NCBI GenBank assembly: GCA_025839675.1
Contig: CP104013.1
Location: forward strand, 2,849,121 to 2,913,120
Length of the DNA stretch: 64,000 nt
From: Candidatus Lokiarchaeum ossiferum
GTDB taxonomy: Archaea > Asgardarchaeota > Lokiarchaeia > Sigyniarchaeales > Promethearchaeaceae
Direction: 5' to 3'
Shown here: piece by piece, positions 50,693 to 60,866 of the stretch
Position numbering within the stretch: position 1 is the first letter of the stretch
How the letters are laid out: every line of letters starts with the position of its first letter
Notes under the pieces: generated by a model
Database searches by the model: none
What the model was told of the DNA's origin: nothing
Seen by the model: the letters and a program-made list of their open reading frames with translations, nothing else
Position numbers and translations under genes: made by a program

Positions 50693-51862
50693 TTAAAGGA
50701 AATTTCGATTGCGGAGGAATTTTTCAATCCGATTGAAGCCTTCTTCCAGCTTTTCATCGCTGGTGGCATAAGATATGCGGAGGGAATCATTAGAATAGCT
50801 TCCAAATCCACTGCCAGGGACACAAGCAACTTTTTGTTCTTGAACTAGAGCATTCGAAAATTCATCTCCATCCATACCCCATTCTGGGTTTAACTTAGGC
50901 ATAATATAAAAAGCACCTTTGGGCATATCTACAATGAATTTCATTTCTTTCAATCTTCGAACACAAAATTGACGTTTACGGTCATATTCTTCGATTATCT
51001 CTGGAATATTCATGCGATCAACATGTTTTAGCCCTTCTATAGCACCATATTGAACCGGATGATTGACTCCCGCGGTTGTATATTGAATATATTTTTCCAT
51101 ATTAATGATTATTTCTTCACTAGCGGCAATATAACCTAATCTTAATCCTGTAGCCCCAAAGGTTTTACTAAGCGCGTTTAAGGTAATAGTGCGATCTTTC
51201 ATTCCCTCATAGGATGCAGGGCTGATATGAGTCATTCCATCAAAATAGAATTTTTCATAGACTTCATCGCTAACAAGATAGAGATCATGTTCTAATACAA
51301 GGGCAACTATTGCATCCATTTCTTCCTTGGAAAATGCATACCCTGTTGGATTACTCGGAGAATTAATGAGAATAAATTTGGTTTTTGGAGTGATTGCATT
51401 TTTAATTCCCTCAATATCTGGAGAATAATTGTTTTTGGCAGGTACTTCCACACATTTTATTCCATAGTAATCCGCTAAATGATAATAGCTTAAAAAAGCA
51501 GGACTGGACAAGATCATTTCATCCCCTGGATTCGTTAAGACAGCATAGGCTAATTGTAAAGCTTGACTCCCTCCATTTGTAACAATTGTGTTTTCGGGTT
51601 TGACCCAGGACATATTATTTTCGTTTTTAAATTTGTAAGCAATGATTTCCCGCAATTGAGGAATTCCTCGGGCAGGAGCATATTGTGTTTTATGTTCTCG
51701 GAGAGCTTTGATAATGGCATCATTCATATAATCGGGAGAGGTAAAATCAGGTTGACCAATTCCAAAACTGATCGCATCAGATCCAGATTTTAGAAGCATA
51801 TCGAATAATTTGCGGATCTTGGATTTTTTTGAATTTAAAATAGCTTGGCTTAATTCCTTCAT
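50693..51862 (-). CDS. Class I/II PLP-dependent aminotransferase (aspartate/aromatic type)
   Basis: PLP-lysine motif SKTFGATGLRLGY, conserved N (INSPSNPTG), 389 aa. Confidence 0.85.
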   Translation of the reverse strand: MKELSQAILNSKKSKIRKLFDMLLKSGSDAISFGIGQPDFTSPDYMNDAIIKALREHKTQYAPARGIPQLREIIAYKFKNENNMSWVKPENTIVTNGGSQALQLAYAVLTNPGDEMILSSPAFLSYYHLADYYGIKCVEVPAKNNYSPDIEGIKNAITPKTKFILINSPSNPTGYAFSKEEMDAIVALVLEHDLYLVSDEVYEKFYFDGMTHISPASYEGMKDRTITLNALSKTFGATGLRLGYIAASEEIIINMEKYIQYTTAGVNHPVQYGAIEGLKHVDRMNIPEIIEEYDRKRQFCVRRLKEMKFIVDMPKGAFYIMPKLNPEWGMDGDEFSNALVQEQKVACVPGSGFGSYSNDSLRISYATSDEKLEEGFNRIEKFLRNRNFL

Positions 51863-51863
51863 G

Positions 51864-52262
51864 ATGGTTAATGATAGGTGCGAAGATTTTAAAAAGCTTG
51901 GTGGGTTTAATTTGGGAATTCCAATTTTTAACTCAAAAAAAACTCAAATAATTGATGTGGTAATTACAAAACAGTCATGGATTTTTATATTTGTAGTGTT
52001 CTTAGATAGTTGGTTTATTTTTGTTTACAAAAAAAATGCTTTCGAAGATGAAAAAAACATGCGACGTCTTGTATGGGGAACTGTAATCGGGGCTATGATC
52101 GGGCTTTTAATTTTAGCAGTAACTAACAACCCTTTTGTGATTGTTGGGTATTTTGGACTCTACTTATTGGCAGTAGTCACAATTTTTCAACATTTTTATG
52201 AAAAAATTCGAACTACTGAAATTTTACAAACAACGGAACAATCTTCACTGAACGAAAACTAA
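51864..52262 (+). CDS. Small membrane protein (about 130 aa; the track ORF starts at 51810 and overlaps the divergent aminotransferase start)
   Basis: Three hydrophobic helices (WIFIFVVFLDSWFIFVY, VIGAMIGLLILAV, FGLYLLAVVTIF). Speculative. Confidence 0.3.
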   Translation: MVNDRCEDFKKLGGFNLGIPIFNSKKTQIIDVVITKQSWIFIFVVFLDSWFIFVYKKNAFEDEKNMRRLVWGTVIGAMIGLLILAVTNNPFVIVGYFGLYLLAVVTIFQHFYEKIRTTEILQTTEQSSLNEN

Positions 52263-52389
52263 TTTTTTTTATTTTATTGATTTCTTCCCGAAATTTTTTT
52301 CGCTTTTATTCCAAAAAAAAGCCATATATCTCTAAAATCCCTTAGAACAGTAATATAGCTGTGATAATGTGGGATGGGATTATTTTTAA

Positions 52390-53301
52390 ATGGATGCTGA
52401 AGCAAAAAAAAGGTTAATTGAACGGAGTTTTAAAGAAATTGAAGAAAAAAAGGCCCTTTTCAATAATAATCCAGAGAATTCCACCCAATATTTTGAAAAA
52501 TTAAAAGATTTAATCACTTTTGAAGGTAATTTGGACCTCTCAAATTATCGAAAAAAGTATCTAGAGAGGAGATTTCTTCATCGCCTTTCTTTTTTGAACA
52601 TTGAATCCTACAAGAAATATATTGATTTTGCAAAAGATAATCCTAAAGAAATATTGGAAATGAAAGATTCCCTTACCATCCATACTACCGAATGGTTTCG
52701 GGATAAAACCCCTTTCGAATTATTAAGAAAAAACATTCTTCCTAGGATATTAAAAACAAAAAAACTCGCAGCAGACAAAACTTTCAGAATTTTTTCCGCG
52801 CCTTGTAGCTCAGGGCAAGAACCATACACATTAGCCATGATTTTGGATGATATCCGTAGAGAACTTGGCATTACTACACCAATAGAAATTTATGGGTGTG
52901 ATGTAGAACCGAAAATTGTCGAAAAGGCGAAAGATGGAAAATATTTTGCTCAGTATATGAAAGGAATTCCAGTAGAATTTGTGGATCGTTATTTTACACC
53001 ATTACCCGATGATTGGTTTGAAATTAAGCATTCTATTAAGCGGATGGTGAAATTTTTTGTCCAAAATTTGTTCAAACCTCTTCCTTCATGGATCAAATCA
53101 ATGGACGTGATACTCTGCCGGAATTTATTAATTTATATTGATCGCGACCACCAATTGCAAGTTATTCAGAATCTATCAAAAATTCTACGCAAAAATGGAT
53201 ATTTGATGCTAGGAAAAACTGAAAGTCTGCTTATCCTAAATACTAAAACAGATTTTATCGCGGAAAATGCCCGTGAACATCTATATCAATACACCCCATG
53301 A
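52390..53301 (+). CDS. CheR-type protein-glutamate O-methyltransferase-like SAM methyltransferase (orphan; no other che genes in the window)
   Basis: FRIFSAPCSSGQEPYTLAMIL (like CheR lRIWSAGCSTGEEPYSLAM) and an N-terminal all-helical CheR_N-like region. Confidence 0.7.
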   Translation: MDAEAKKRLIERSFKEIEEKKALFNNNPENSTQYFEKLKDLITFEGNLDLSNYRKKYLERRFLHRLSFLNIESYKKYIDFAKDNPKEILEMKDSLTIHTTEWFRDKTPFELLRKNILPRILKTKKLAADKTFRIFSAPCSSGQEPYTLAMILDDIRRELGITTPIEIYGCDVEPKIVEKAKDGKYFAQYMKGIPVEFVDRYFTPLPDDWFEIKHSIKRMVKFFVQNLFKPLPSWIKSMDVILCRNLLIYIDRDHQLQVIQNLSKILRKNGYLMLGKTESLLILNTKTDFIAENAREHLYQYTP

Positions 53302-53363
53302 TTTTGTGGGATGACTAAAATTGAGGGGTAAAGTTATTTTGTGATAAAATAAATAATTGTATA

Positions 53364-54674
53364 ATGCTCCCAGTGATCAATCAGATTTTCATAGCTCTTT
53401 TGATTTTTTCGCTCATCTTGGTGTATTCAAAAGAAAATTGGGATGCAACACTTTTTATTCTGATTTTTGCTATTGTTGGAGCTCTCTTCACCAGTTTGGT
53501 ATTTGAAGTTGACATTGATACCTTTTTTAACTATATTCCTCTACAAACACTAACTTTCCTCATTTTTATGGATATTTTCATTAAAATTCTGGTCAAAGAT
53601 AAAGTGTTTGAATACATGACGATCCAGTTAATCCATATCACCCATGTAAATATCCGATTACTCTTCTATCTACTATGTATTGCAAGTGCCTTAATTTCTG
53701 GGATTATGGAAGATGTGTCAGTTGCTCTTATTTTCAATCCAATCATATTTCGAGCTACGAAAATTCTAAAAATCGAGACGAAACCATTTATAATGGGTAT
53801 AACATCATCAATTTTAATTGGAAATTTATTAACTCCTTTTGCAACTCCTGTAAGTATAATCATTGCCTCGGGATTTGATTTGAATATGGGCTGGTATTTC
53901 AAGTATTTTTCGATTCTTTTTGTTCTCCTACTAGGTACCAGTTTATTTCTGATTGATAAATTTTTTATTAAGAAACTCCCTTCACCTTCCGATAAAGATG
54001 TTCAAATTTTGATGGTCATTATGGATCCAGAATATGTAATCGTCAATAAGAACCGATTTATCCGCTTAATTATTTACTTGGTTATATTGGTTATATGTAT
54101 TGCATTTAACATCTTGCCTTTTATGGTTGTAAGTTTTATCACCATTTTTACATTACTCGTGGAGCGGATTAAATTTGATAAAGTGTTAAAAACTGCCAAT
54201 TGGAACCTGTTATTTTTATATTGTGGCTTGTTTGTTTTGATCGGATGCATGGTTGAGAATGGAACAATTGGTATGATCCAAGATGGTTTAAGCTTCATTA
54301 TTGGAGGCAATTTAATTATAGCCATGCTAATTATTCTTATTGTAGGTAGCCTTCTGGCAAGTTTTGTCTCTAAAAGTTTAACTTCCATCATATTTATAGC
54401 GATAATATCAACATTATTTTTGGAAACATTCACAAATACTGTAGATCAAACCCTTCTAATCCTTGCCCTTACCATTGCAATTTTAATAGGTGGAAACATG
54501 GTTCCACAAGCATCCAGCTTTATATTATTTACCATTCAGCTAGCAAAAACAGAAAAAGTACCCAGTTTAACCTATCAATCCTTTAAGAAGGAAATGGGCA
54601 AGTTTTCAGTTCTCTCCGTGTCCATCACCATTATATATTATATTTTGCTAGCAATTATCCTTAAATTGCTATAA
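53364..54674 (+). CDS. Ion transporter of the ArsB/NhaD/CitMHS permease superfamily
   Basis: 436 aa, about 12 TM helices with the two-repeat architecture typical of this superfamily. Confidence 0.6.
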   Translation: MLPVINQIFIALLIFSLILVYSKENWDATLFILIFAIVGALFTSLVFEVDIDTFFNYIPLQTLTFLIFMDIFIKILVKDKVFEYMTIQLIHITHVNIRLLFYLLCIASALISGIMEDVSVALIFNPIIFRATKILKIETKPFIMGITSSILIGNLLTPFATPVSIIIASGFDLNMGWYFKYFSILFVLLLGTSLFLIDKFFIKKLPSPSDKDVQILMVIMDPEYVIVNKNRFIRLIIYLVILVICIAFNILPFMVVSFITIFTLLVERIKFDKVLKTANWNLLFLYCGLFVLIGCMVENGTIGMIQDGLSFIIGGNLIIAMLIILIVGSLLASFVSKSLTSIIFIAIISTLFLETFTNTVDQTLLILALTIAILIGGNMVPQASSFILFTIQLAKTEKVPSLTYQSFKKEMGKFSVLSVSITIIYYILLAIILKLL

Positions 54675-54695
54675 CCGAAAAGAAAAAAGAAGTTT

Positions 54696-55133
54696 TCAAA
54701 GTATAGGATTTAAGGATGCAATATGTTGATTGATTCCTACATTTCTAATATTTTCAATGGATACTTGAATTTCGTTATCAATATGAACCCGAAATAGCAT
54801 ATTAAATTTCTTACAGGGATATTCGAGATCACATTCCGCACAGGTAAAATAGCTTCGTTTGGTGGCACATTTTCGAATTCCACAGAAAGGATTTCCTCCT
54901 TTATTTCTGCACCCAGGACATTCTCCTTTAAAAAATTCCATTGATTTTAAATACCCTTTATATTTTCGTTTCATAAATGGAATTACTTTAGCCATTTCAG
55001 CAAAATTTACCGCTTCCATTTTTTCTTGTAACAGCTGAGCAGTTTCTCGAATATCTTGAAATTTTGATTTACAATCCTTGCAATTTAGCCCACAATAGGC
55101 AATATCGACTTTTTCATATTTCTGTGTTTGCAA
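54696..55133 (-). CDS. DUF3795-like Cys-rich protein
   Basis: CGLNCKDC...CPGCRN...CGIRKC...CAECDLEYPC pattern typical of DUF3795. Confidence 0.5.
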   Translation of the reverse strand: MQTQKYEKVDIAYCGLNCKDCKSKFQDIRETAQLLQEKMEAVNFAEMAKVIPFMKRKYKGYLKSMEFFKGECPGCRNKGGNPFCGIRKCATKRSYFTCAECDLEYPCKKFNMLFRVHIDNEIQVSIENIRNVGINQHIASLNPIL

Positions 55134-55426
55134 TTTTTTCCCCTCAATATATGAAAAATAAGTAATTTCTTACAAACTATAATATTAAGGAAATGAGACA
55201 CTACATTTACTAGATTAGAAGAAAATTTATTGTGTCGGCCAAAAAGATTACGTTAGAGAGAAAAAAATTGATATTTAATTATGATCTTTGAGAAAGATCT
55301 ACAACAATTCTAGAACTGAAGAATTTTTTAGGTTTACACGAAAAAAATTATAAAATTCCTGAAAAATCCGAGTTTAATCAAGAAATTCATTCAAGGGGAG
55401 TAAAAAAAAGAAAGGAAAGAAAAAGT

Positions 55427-56050
55427 TTATTCGCCTAATTCATCTAAGGAAAAACGTTCAGAAGAGGTGCCATCCTTAGTAATGGTCATAACATCCATTC
55501 CACTACCCACCATAGCATCTCGAGTCATACCGTTTTTAAGAAGTTTTTTCATTAATTCCACGCCTTTTTTAACGGTAAGGGTAGGTTTGTATTCGGCTTC
55601 CAGCATACCCGAGGCGAAATACATGGAATCACCAGCCATTCCGTAATCATCTTCGGTTAAACTACCACCTGCATCTAATGTATAAACATGACCATCTCCA
55701 TTTTCTTCCACACCTGCTATGACAATCATCACATAAAGAGGTGCCATTTTGCGTTGGTAGAGATAGTTTGCAACCATTTTACCCATCGCTTGGACCGAGA
55801 TCTTAAATCCTTCTCGCATCTCATAGATATTTGCTTGAGCTTGCATGATTCGGGCTAAGGCTTGGAAATCTCCAATTAATCCATAACAGGTCATAGCAAC
55901 TCGTCCGTCCTTGGTCAACGGAAAGATTTTGGCAACATTTTTATTATTCACTGTGTATCCATAGGTAGATCGAGTGTCATTACCTAAAACAACACCGTCT
56001 TTGCATCTAATTGCAACTCCGAAAGCACCTGGTATCCATATTTGAGCCAT
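55427..56050 (-). CDS. Proteasome beta-type subunit homolog lacking the N-terminal catalytic Thr (likely non-catalytic)
   Basis: Full-length similarity to archaeal PsmB (YGLIGDFQALARIM, LDAGGSLTEDDYGMAGDSMYFASGMLE, GMDVMTITKDG), but the mature N-terminus reads AFGVAIRCKDGVVL where TTTVGI is expected. An in-frame TGA two codons upstream of the ATG rules out a longer N-terminus. Confidence 0.7.
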   Translation of the reverse strand: MAQIWIPGAFGVAIRCKDGVVLGNDTRSTYGYTVNNKNVAKIFPLTKDGRVAMTCYGLIGDFQALARIMQAQANIYEMREGFKISVQAMGKMVANYLYQRKMAPLYVMIVIAGVEENGDGHVYTLDAGGSLTEDDYGMAGDSMYFASGMLEAEYKPTLTVKKGVELMKKLLKNGMTRDAMVGSGMDVMTITKDGTSSERFSLDELGE

Positions 56051-56402
56051 TATTTTTCATCTCGAAATTTTTTCAAATTCCTATACAAAGAAGTAATAAC
56101 AAACTGCTTTAATTTTTTTTGCCTTTGCAATTTAATATTAGTTTACTTTTCAAGAATAAAAAATTCCTTTTCACAAATCAAATTCAAAAATTTAATATTT
56201 TAATCAATCTAATGCTATCGATATTACCATAAAAATGATTTTGTAGGTTATTTTTGGTGAAATGAAGAATTTAGTTTACTCTTGGAATTCGATTGTAGAC
56301 TTAAGACTCTAGTTTAATATTTTGTATTTTAATATATGAATTTGTAGAAATAAATTTAGAGGAGCTGAAAGCTTTTTAGCTTTATACGACATCATCTATA
56401 TT

Positions 56403-57185
56403 ATGAAAACCTATCTCAAGGAATTCGAAAACATCGGGAAAGAATATGCAAATCAATTACAAAAGCAGATGAAGATTCGTTCAATTGATGATTTTGAAAA
56501 GTTTTCGTTAGAAGAAATCCACCAACAGACGAAGATAGATATGGAACGGCTCAAGCAATGGGCCGACGTGATTGATCTATATCATATTCCAGATTTAACG
56601 ACTCGAGAAGCAGAATTACTCTATTTCGCCAACATAAATTCAGTTCAAGAACTATCACACCGTCAAGCGATACGTATTTTCTATAAACTTCGTGAAATTG
56701 ATATAGAAACTTACCATATCATTCTTCAACTTCCGACATTTCAAAAAATTGAAAATTGGATAAATTTTTCAAAATTAATGACAAAACGGATAAAATTTGG
56801 ACAAAATATTCCAATTATCATGATCCCAGTGGTCGAATTTGATCACGCCAGTGAATTGAAGAATTTCAAAATTTTTACAGTAGAGGACTTTGTCCAAAAA
56901 AGCCCTATGATTTCAAATCTTCGAAAAAAAATCGGGATGTCGCGACACAATTTTCATATATTAGAAAATACAATAGATTTTATCAAAGTTGAAGGAATTG
57001 ATCTCTATTTTGCTAATCTATTTCTTCAAGTGGAAATCGAAGGGATCAACGATTTTTTATCTTTGAATAATGATGAAATCCTTCAAAAAGTTAAAGAGAT
57101 CCAGGATAATGATGAAAATTGTCCTGAAAAGTTAACTTTAAAACATATTGAGGAAATTAAACAAAAAATAATGGAGCAAAACTAA
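56403..57185 (+). CDS. Hypothetical protein with three helix-hairpin-helix-like (DUF4332-like) motifs
   Basis: FENIGKEYANQL, IPDLTTREAELLYFANINSVQEL and VEGIDLYFANLFLQ...INDFLSL fit the HhH pattern xxGIGxxxAxxL. 260 aa. The stop lies 1 nt before the next gene. Confidence 0.45.
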   Translation: MKTYLKEFENIGKEYANQLQKQMKIRSIDDFEKFSLEEIHQQTKIDMERLKQWADVIDLYHIPDLTTREAELLYFANINSVQELSHRQAIRIFYKLREIDIETYHIILQLPTFQKIENWINFSKLMTKRIKFGQNIPIIMIPVVEFDHASELKNFKIFTVEDFVQKSPMISNLRKKIGMSRHNFHILENTIDFIKVEGIDLYFANLFLQVEIEGINDFLSLNNDEILQKVKEIQDNDENCPEKLTLKHIEEIKQKIMEQN

Positions 57186-57186
57186 A

Positions 57187-60100
57187 ATGGCATTACCAGA
57201 TATATTAATTCAACTAACATACGTAATTATTGGAGTAATTGTATTTTTCATGGGATTTCTCTTAGTATATAAGAATTTGAAGAAAATCAATACAGTTGAG
57301 GGTGAAAAATTTAACGGTTCTGATTGGTTAGCCATGATTGGATTTGGATTGCTATTTGGCTTAGCAATGATTTTCATTGTGAATATCACTTTCGAGCTAA
57401 TATTACCAGTAGAAATTCCAAGTATCGCTGGATATGTCTTAATGATAATGTTAGGGGTACTTGTAATATATCCTCTGTGGGAAGTAATTTTCTTAGGGCG
57501 ACCCACAAGCGATTCAGTACATGATTTTCATAAGTTCTTGGAATCGAAAATATTAGATCGGTTTAAAGGAAAGGTGGCATATTTGGTATCTTTACTTATT
57601 TTCATAATCATCTATCTAGTTCCAATTATTATTATCAACCTAATTTCGAACGAACCTTGGCAGCAAATTGCATTTATTTGGTTCTTACTTTTTCCACTCT
57701 TCTTCTTAGCTTATTTTGCAGCTAATGGAACGGTTTCAGGAATTATAGCTAAAACTTATACAAATACAATCCCAGCCCGTGTATTGACCAAAGGAAAACT
57801 AGGAAATAAAAAAGTGATAGGTATAATAATGGTCGCTATAACTTGGATTCCTTTTATGCTAAATATCTATAATTTTGGAAATCCTATTTTGAAGGCAATT
57901 AGAGGCGTTGGAGAGATACCAACAGAATCTTCTACTAGTAGTCAGTTGGATAAATATAATGCATATATATCCCTATTTACTACAACAGTTTTTGGTATCA
58001 AAGGATTTTTCTCTAAATTCTGGAATAAGAAATCGAAAACAAAAACAATAGATTTTCTCTTTTCTGGATATTTAATGATTGGAATTGGAGTGAATATGTT
58101 ATTAAGTTTCGTGCAAATTGACCCTTCCGTCGTTGCTTCCATTTTTGATTCAATTCCAATCCCATTTATTGCGTCTTTAGGAAATGTCTTCTATAATTAC
58201 ACACTCTTATTACCAATAATTATAATTTCAAGCGGTATAACATTCGTTTATGGAATAATCAATCTTGTCCAAGTTAACTCAGATTTTCATTCGGATATTC
58301 GTCTTCAATCAACTACCAAAGCTTTTGGAAAAATAGATCTGGATAAAATGGTCGAAAGTCGTAACGAAATGCTAGAAGATCTGGAAAAAGGAAAACAAGA
58401 TAAAAAGAAGAAGGAAAAGAAGAAAAAATATGACTATGCAACCTTGTACAAATCACTTTTATTAGCTCCGAGTTATTCAAAATATGGAGTAGATCTTAAC
58501 GAACAAGTTCGACAAAAGGCGGCTCAATATTTATTCCTAATGTCGGTAGATGACAGAGAAATCGCACAGAAAATAATTGAATTCATTTTTGCAGTAACGA
58601 TTGAGAAAGATACAATCGAGAAGGATACAACAGAAATTCAAGAACAATATTACTTGAGCAAAGAAGCATTTGATGCTTTAGGAGAAATTGGGGAAATTTA
58701 TCCAGATTTGGTTATGGAACGCCTAATTAACGCATTAGAAATTGTTGATAATTATACTCAAAGATATATTTTGGATGCACTGGGTGATATCGGAGAAACG
58801 AAGGAGAACATGAAAGTAATTTTGTCCAAAATTCTCCCATTGTTTAGCAGTAAGCGCTATGATGTGCGACTCGCGGCATTCCAAGCTATGTCAGAAATGA
58901 TCTTGGAAGGAGATTCTTCGGATAAAGAATTTGTCAAGCTTGCCTTAGATGCAGTGTATACTGTCTTAAAAGATGATACTAATGAAGGGGCGATTGATAC
59001 TTGTTTAGAAGCTTTAGTAAAAATGAGTGCTCGGATTGCAGATGATATAGATATTGAAAAAATTATACCCTTTTTAACCTATTCCAAAGGGAAAGACCAA
59101 GATACCACAGATTTCATAATTCAGAATGCGATTGTTATCCTCAGTTATATGGTATATTATAATATGGCCCAGTTTACAGCAATTTTGGATAATTTAAAAC
59201 CATTTTTAAAGGATCAAAGAGATTTTATCCGATATGCTGCAGTAGATGCTTTGGGGAACTATATATTAAAATGTCCAGAAGATAAAATTGATGAAATTTT
59301 AGTGGAGCTATTGATTTTATCTACGAATGATGCTAATGATGATGTGGCTCATATAGCGACCGAAAGTATAGCGGAATTTTTGATCATGCATAAAGGATAT
59401 AAGATCACTATCGATAACCAAGCTATTTCGATTTTAGATTATTATATGAACGCATTGGTTTCAAGCAATGTTCAAGTTACTGAAAATGCGAGTGAGGCTT
59501 TAAAACAAATATCGCCATTATATGATGAAGATATTTACCCACAACTCGAAAAGCATTTGAAAAGTCAAGAAAACTTGGAACTAGTAAGGGATTGTTTGCA
59601 TGTGATTGCTGTCTCCGGAGTAGAAGAACATTTAAGCACCGATTTAGAATTGATCTACAGCTTGACAGAGCATGAGGATCCAAGTGTGCGAAGTGAAGCA
59701 ATTCTGACATTAGGATTTTTGGGAAAGAATAGACCTGAAATTAAACCCGAAGTAATTGTGAAATGTCTGGACGATAAAGATCCTCAAGTTCGTAGAGAAT
59801 CGATCTTTGCTTTAGGAAAAATTGGCAAGCAAAACCCAACGGCTGTGGTCCCTGTATTAATTCAAAAATTCTTCGAATTGGATCGCCACGATGAAGATAA
59901 GGTTAGTGAAGTAGAACTATATGCTGAAACCCTTGGGGAAATTGGAAAAGTGCACCCATCAAATGAAATCATAATCACATTGCAAAATGTGCTAATGGGT
60001 GATACTAATCCTTTCTCGAAGGATGTGATTGCAAGAGCCTTAGGAACCATTGGATATGGGATGATTCAATCCGGAAAAGCTATAAAACGGATTGAAAATG

Positions 60101-60768
60101 ATGCATTCTACAATCAAATCTCATGGTTACGATCCGCTGATAAGGCAGAATATACAATTGGTAATCTTATCATTATTTTCTTAGAAGCATTACAATTGAA
60201 AGGCATTCCAGATTCAGTAATGAATGAAATTTCCGATTCGATTCAAGATTTGCTCCCAGTATTTCTTTTTGCACAAAAAGATGAGAAGAAACCAAAGAAT
60301 GAAGATGTTATTTTAGAAACTATTAAATCTTTGCTTGCTCAAGCGTATTATGCAAATTATAACAATGAAATCTTGGAAACCATCGATCGAGTAGATTCTT
60401 TACTGAGTTTCAAACGGTTTTTCAAAACAGATGATGAGATCCTCCAAAAGCAATTCATATTCTACGCCACGCAATATACTGCGGATGGGAAGCAATTCCA
60501 TGATCAGGGTGAAGTCTTTTTACTTTTGAAAGATCAAGATCCTGAATATCTGAAATATGCGCTAAAATCTTTTGAAATCTCTCAGCAATTATCGCCTTAT
60601 GAGTTTTATACCCCCAATGCAGTGCTTCAAATGGGAATAATCCATAAGACCTTAAACAATAGAGAATTGGCAAAGCAGAAATTTGAGGAAGCACTTGAAA
60701 TCTTCACTTCATTGGATGAAGTGGATAAAATGCGCGAATGCGATGCAAATTTGAAAGAATTAAGTTAA
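57187..60768 (+). CDS. Large membrane-anchored protein (1193 aa): about 11 N-terminal TM helices, six or more PBS-lyase HEAT-like repeats, C-terminal TPR
   Basis: HEAT-like repeats RYILDALGDIGE, VRLAAFQAMSEM, IRYAAVDALGNY, VRSEAILTLGFLGK, VRRESIFALGKIGK, VIARALGTIGYG. Also contains a poly-Lys linker (KGKQDKKKKEKKKKYD) and a tandem IEKDT repeat. Confidence 0.6.
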   Translation: MALPDILIQLTYVIIGVIVFFMGFLLVYKNLKKINTVEGEKFNGSDWLAMIGFGLLFGLAMIFIVNITFELILPVEIPSIAGYVLMIMLGVLVIYPLWEVIFLGRPTSDSVHDFHKFLESKILDRFKGKVAYLVSLLIFIIIYLVPIIIINLISNEPWQQIAFIWFLLFPLFFLAYFAANGTVSGIIAKTYTNTIPARVLTKGKLGNKKVIGIIMVAITWIPFMLNIYNFGNPILKAIRGVGEIPTESSTSSQLDKYNAYISLFTTTVFGIKGFFSKFWNKKSKTKTIDFLFSGYLMIGIGVNMLLSFVQIDPSVVASIFDSIPIPFIASLGNVFYNYTLLLPIIIISSGITFVYGIINLVQVNSDFHSDIRLQSTTKAFGKIDLDKMVESRNEMLEDLEKGKQDKKKKEKKKKYDYATLYKSLLLAPSYSKYGVDLNEQVRQKAAQYLFLMSVDDREIAQKIIEFIFAVTIEKDTIEKDTTEIQEQYYLSKEAFDALGEIGEIYPDLVMERLINALEIVDNYTQRYILDALGDIGETKENMKVILSKILPLFSSKRYDVRLAAFQAMSEMILEGDSSDKEFVKLALDAVYTVLKDDTNEGAIDTCLEALVKMSARIADDIDIEKIIPFLTYSKGKDQDTTDFIIQNAIVILSYMVYYNMAQFTAILDNLKPFLKDQRDFIRYAAVDALGNYILKCPEDKIDEILVELLILSTNDANDDVAHIATESIAEFLIMHKGYKITIDNQAISILDYYMNALVSSNVQVTENASEALKQISPLYDEDIYPQLEKHLKSQENLELVRDCLHVIAVSGVEEHLSTDLELIYSLTEHEDPSVRSEAILTLGFLGKNRPEIKPEVIVKCLDDKDPQVRRESIFALGKIGKQNPTAVVPVLIQKFFELDRHDEDKVSEVELYAETLGEIGKVHPSNEIIITLQNVLMGDTNPFSKDVIARALGTIGYGMIQSGKAIKRIENDAFYNQISWLRSADKAEYTIGNLIIIFLEALQLKGIPDSVMNEISDSIQDLLPVFLFAQKDEKKPKNEDVILETIKSLLAQAYYANYNNEILETIDRVDSLLSFKRFFKTDDEILQKQFIFYATQYTADGKQFHDQGEVFLLLKDQDPEYLKYALKSFEISQQLSPYEFYTPNAVLQMGIIHKTLNNRELAKQKFEEALEIFTSLDEVDKMRECDANLKELS

Positions 60769-60866
60769 TTCCCTCCACTTTTTTTACTCATCTTTTTTGA
60801 TAAATCCTTTAAATTTCAATTCTAATCTAGTAACAAGTAATTTAGAAAAACAATTTTAGGATTAAA

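Noticed and set aside
58590-58635. Tandem IEKDT-IEKDT nucleotide repeat
   Set aside because: A short in-frame duplication inside the 1193-aa protein's linker region. It is probably slippage-derived low complexity rather than a functional repeat element.
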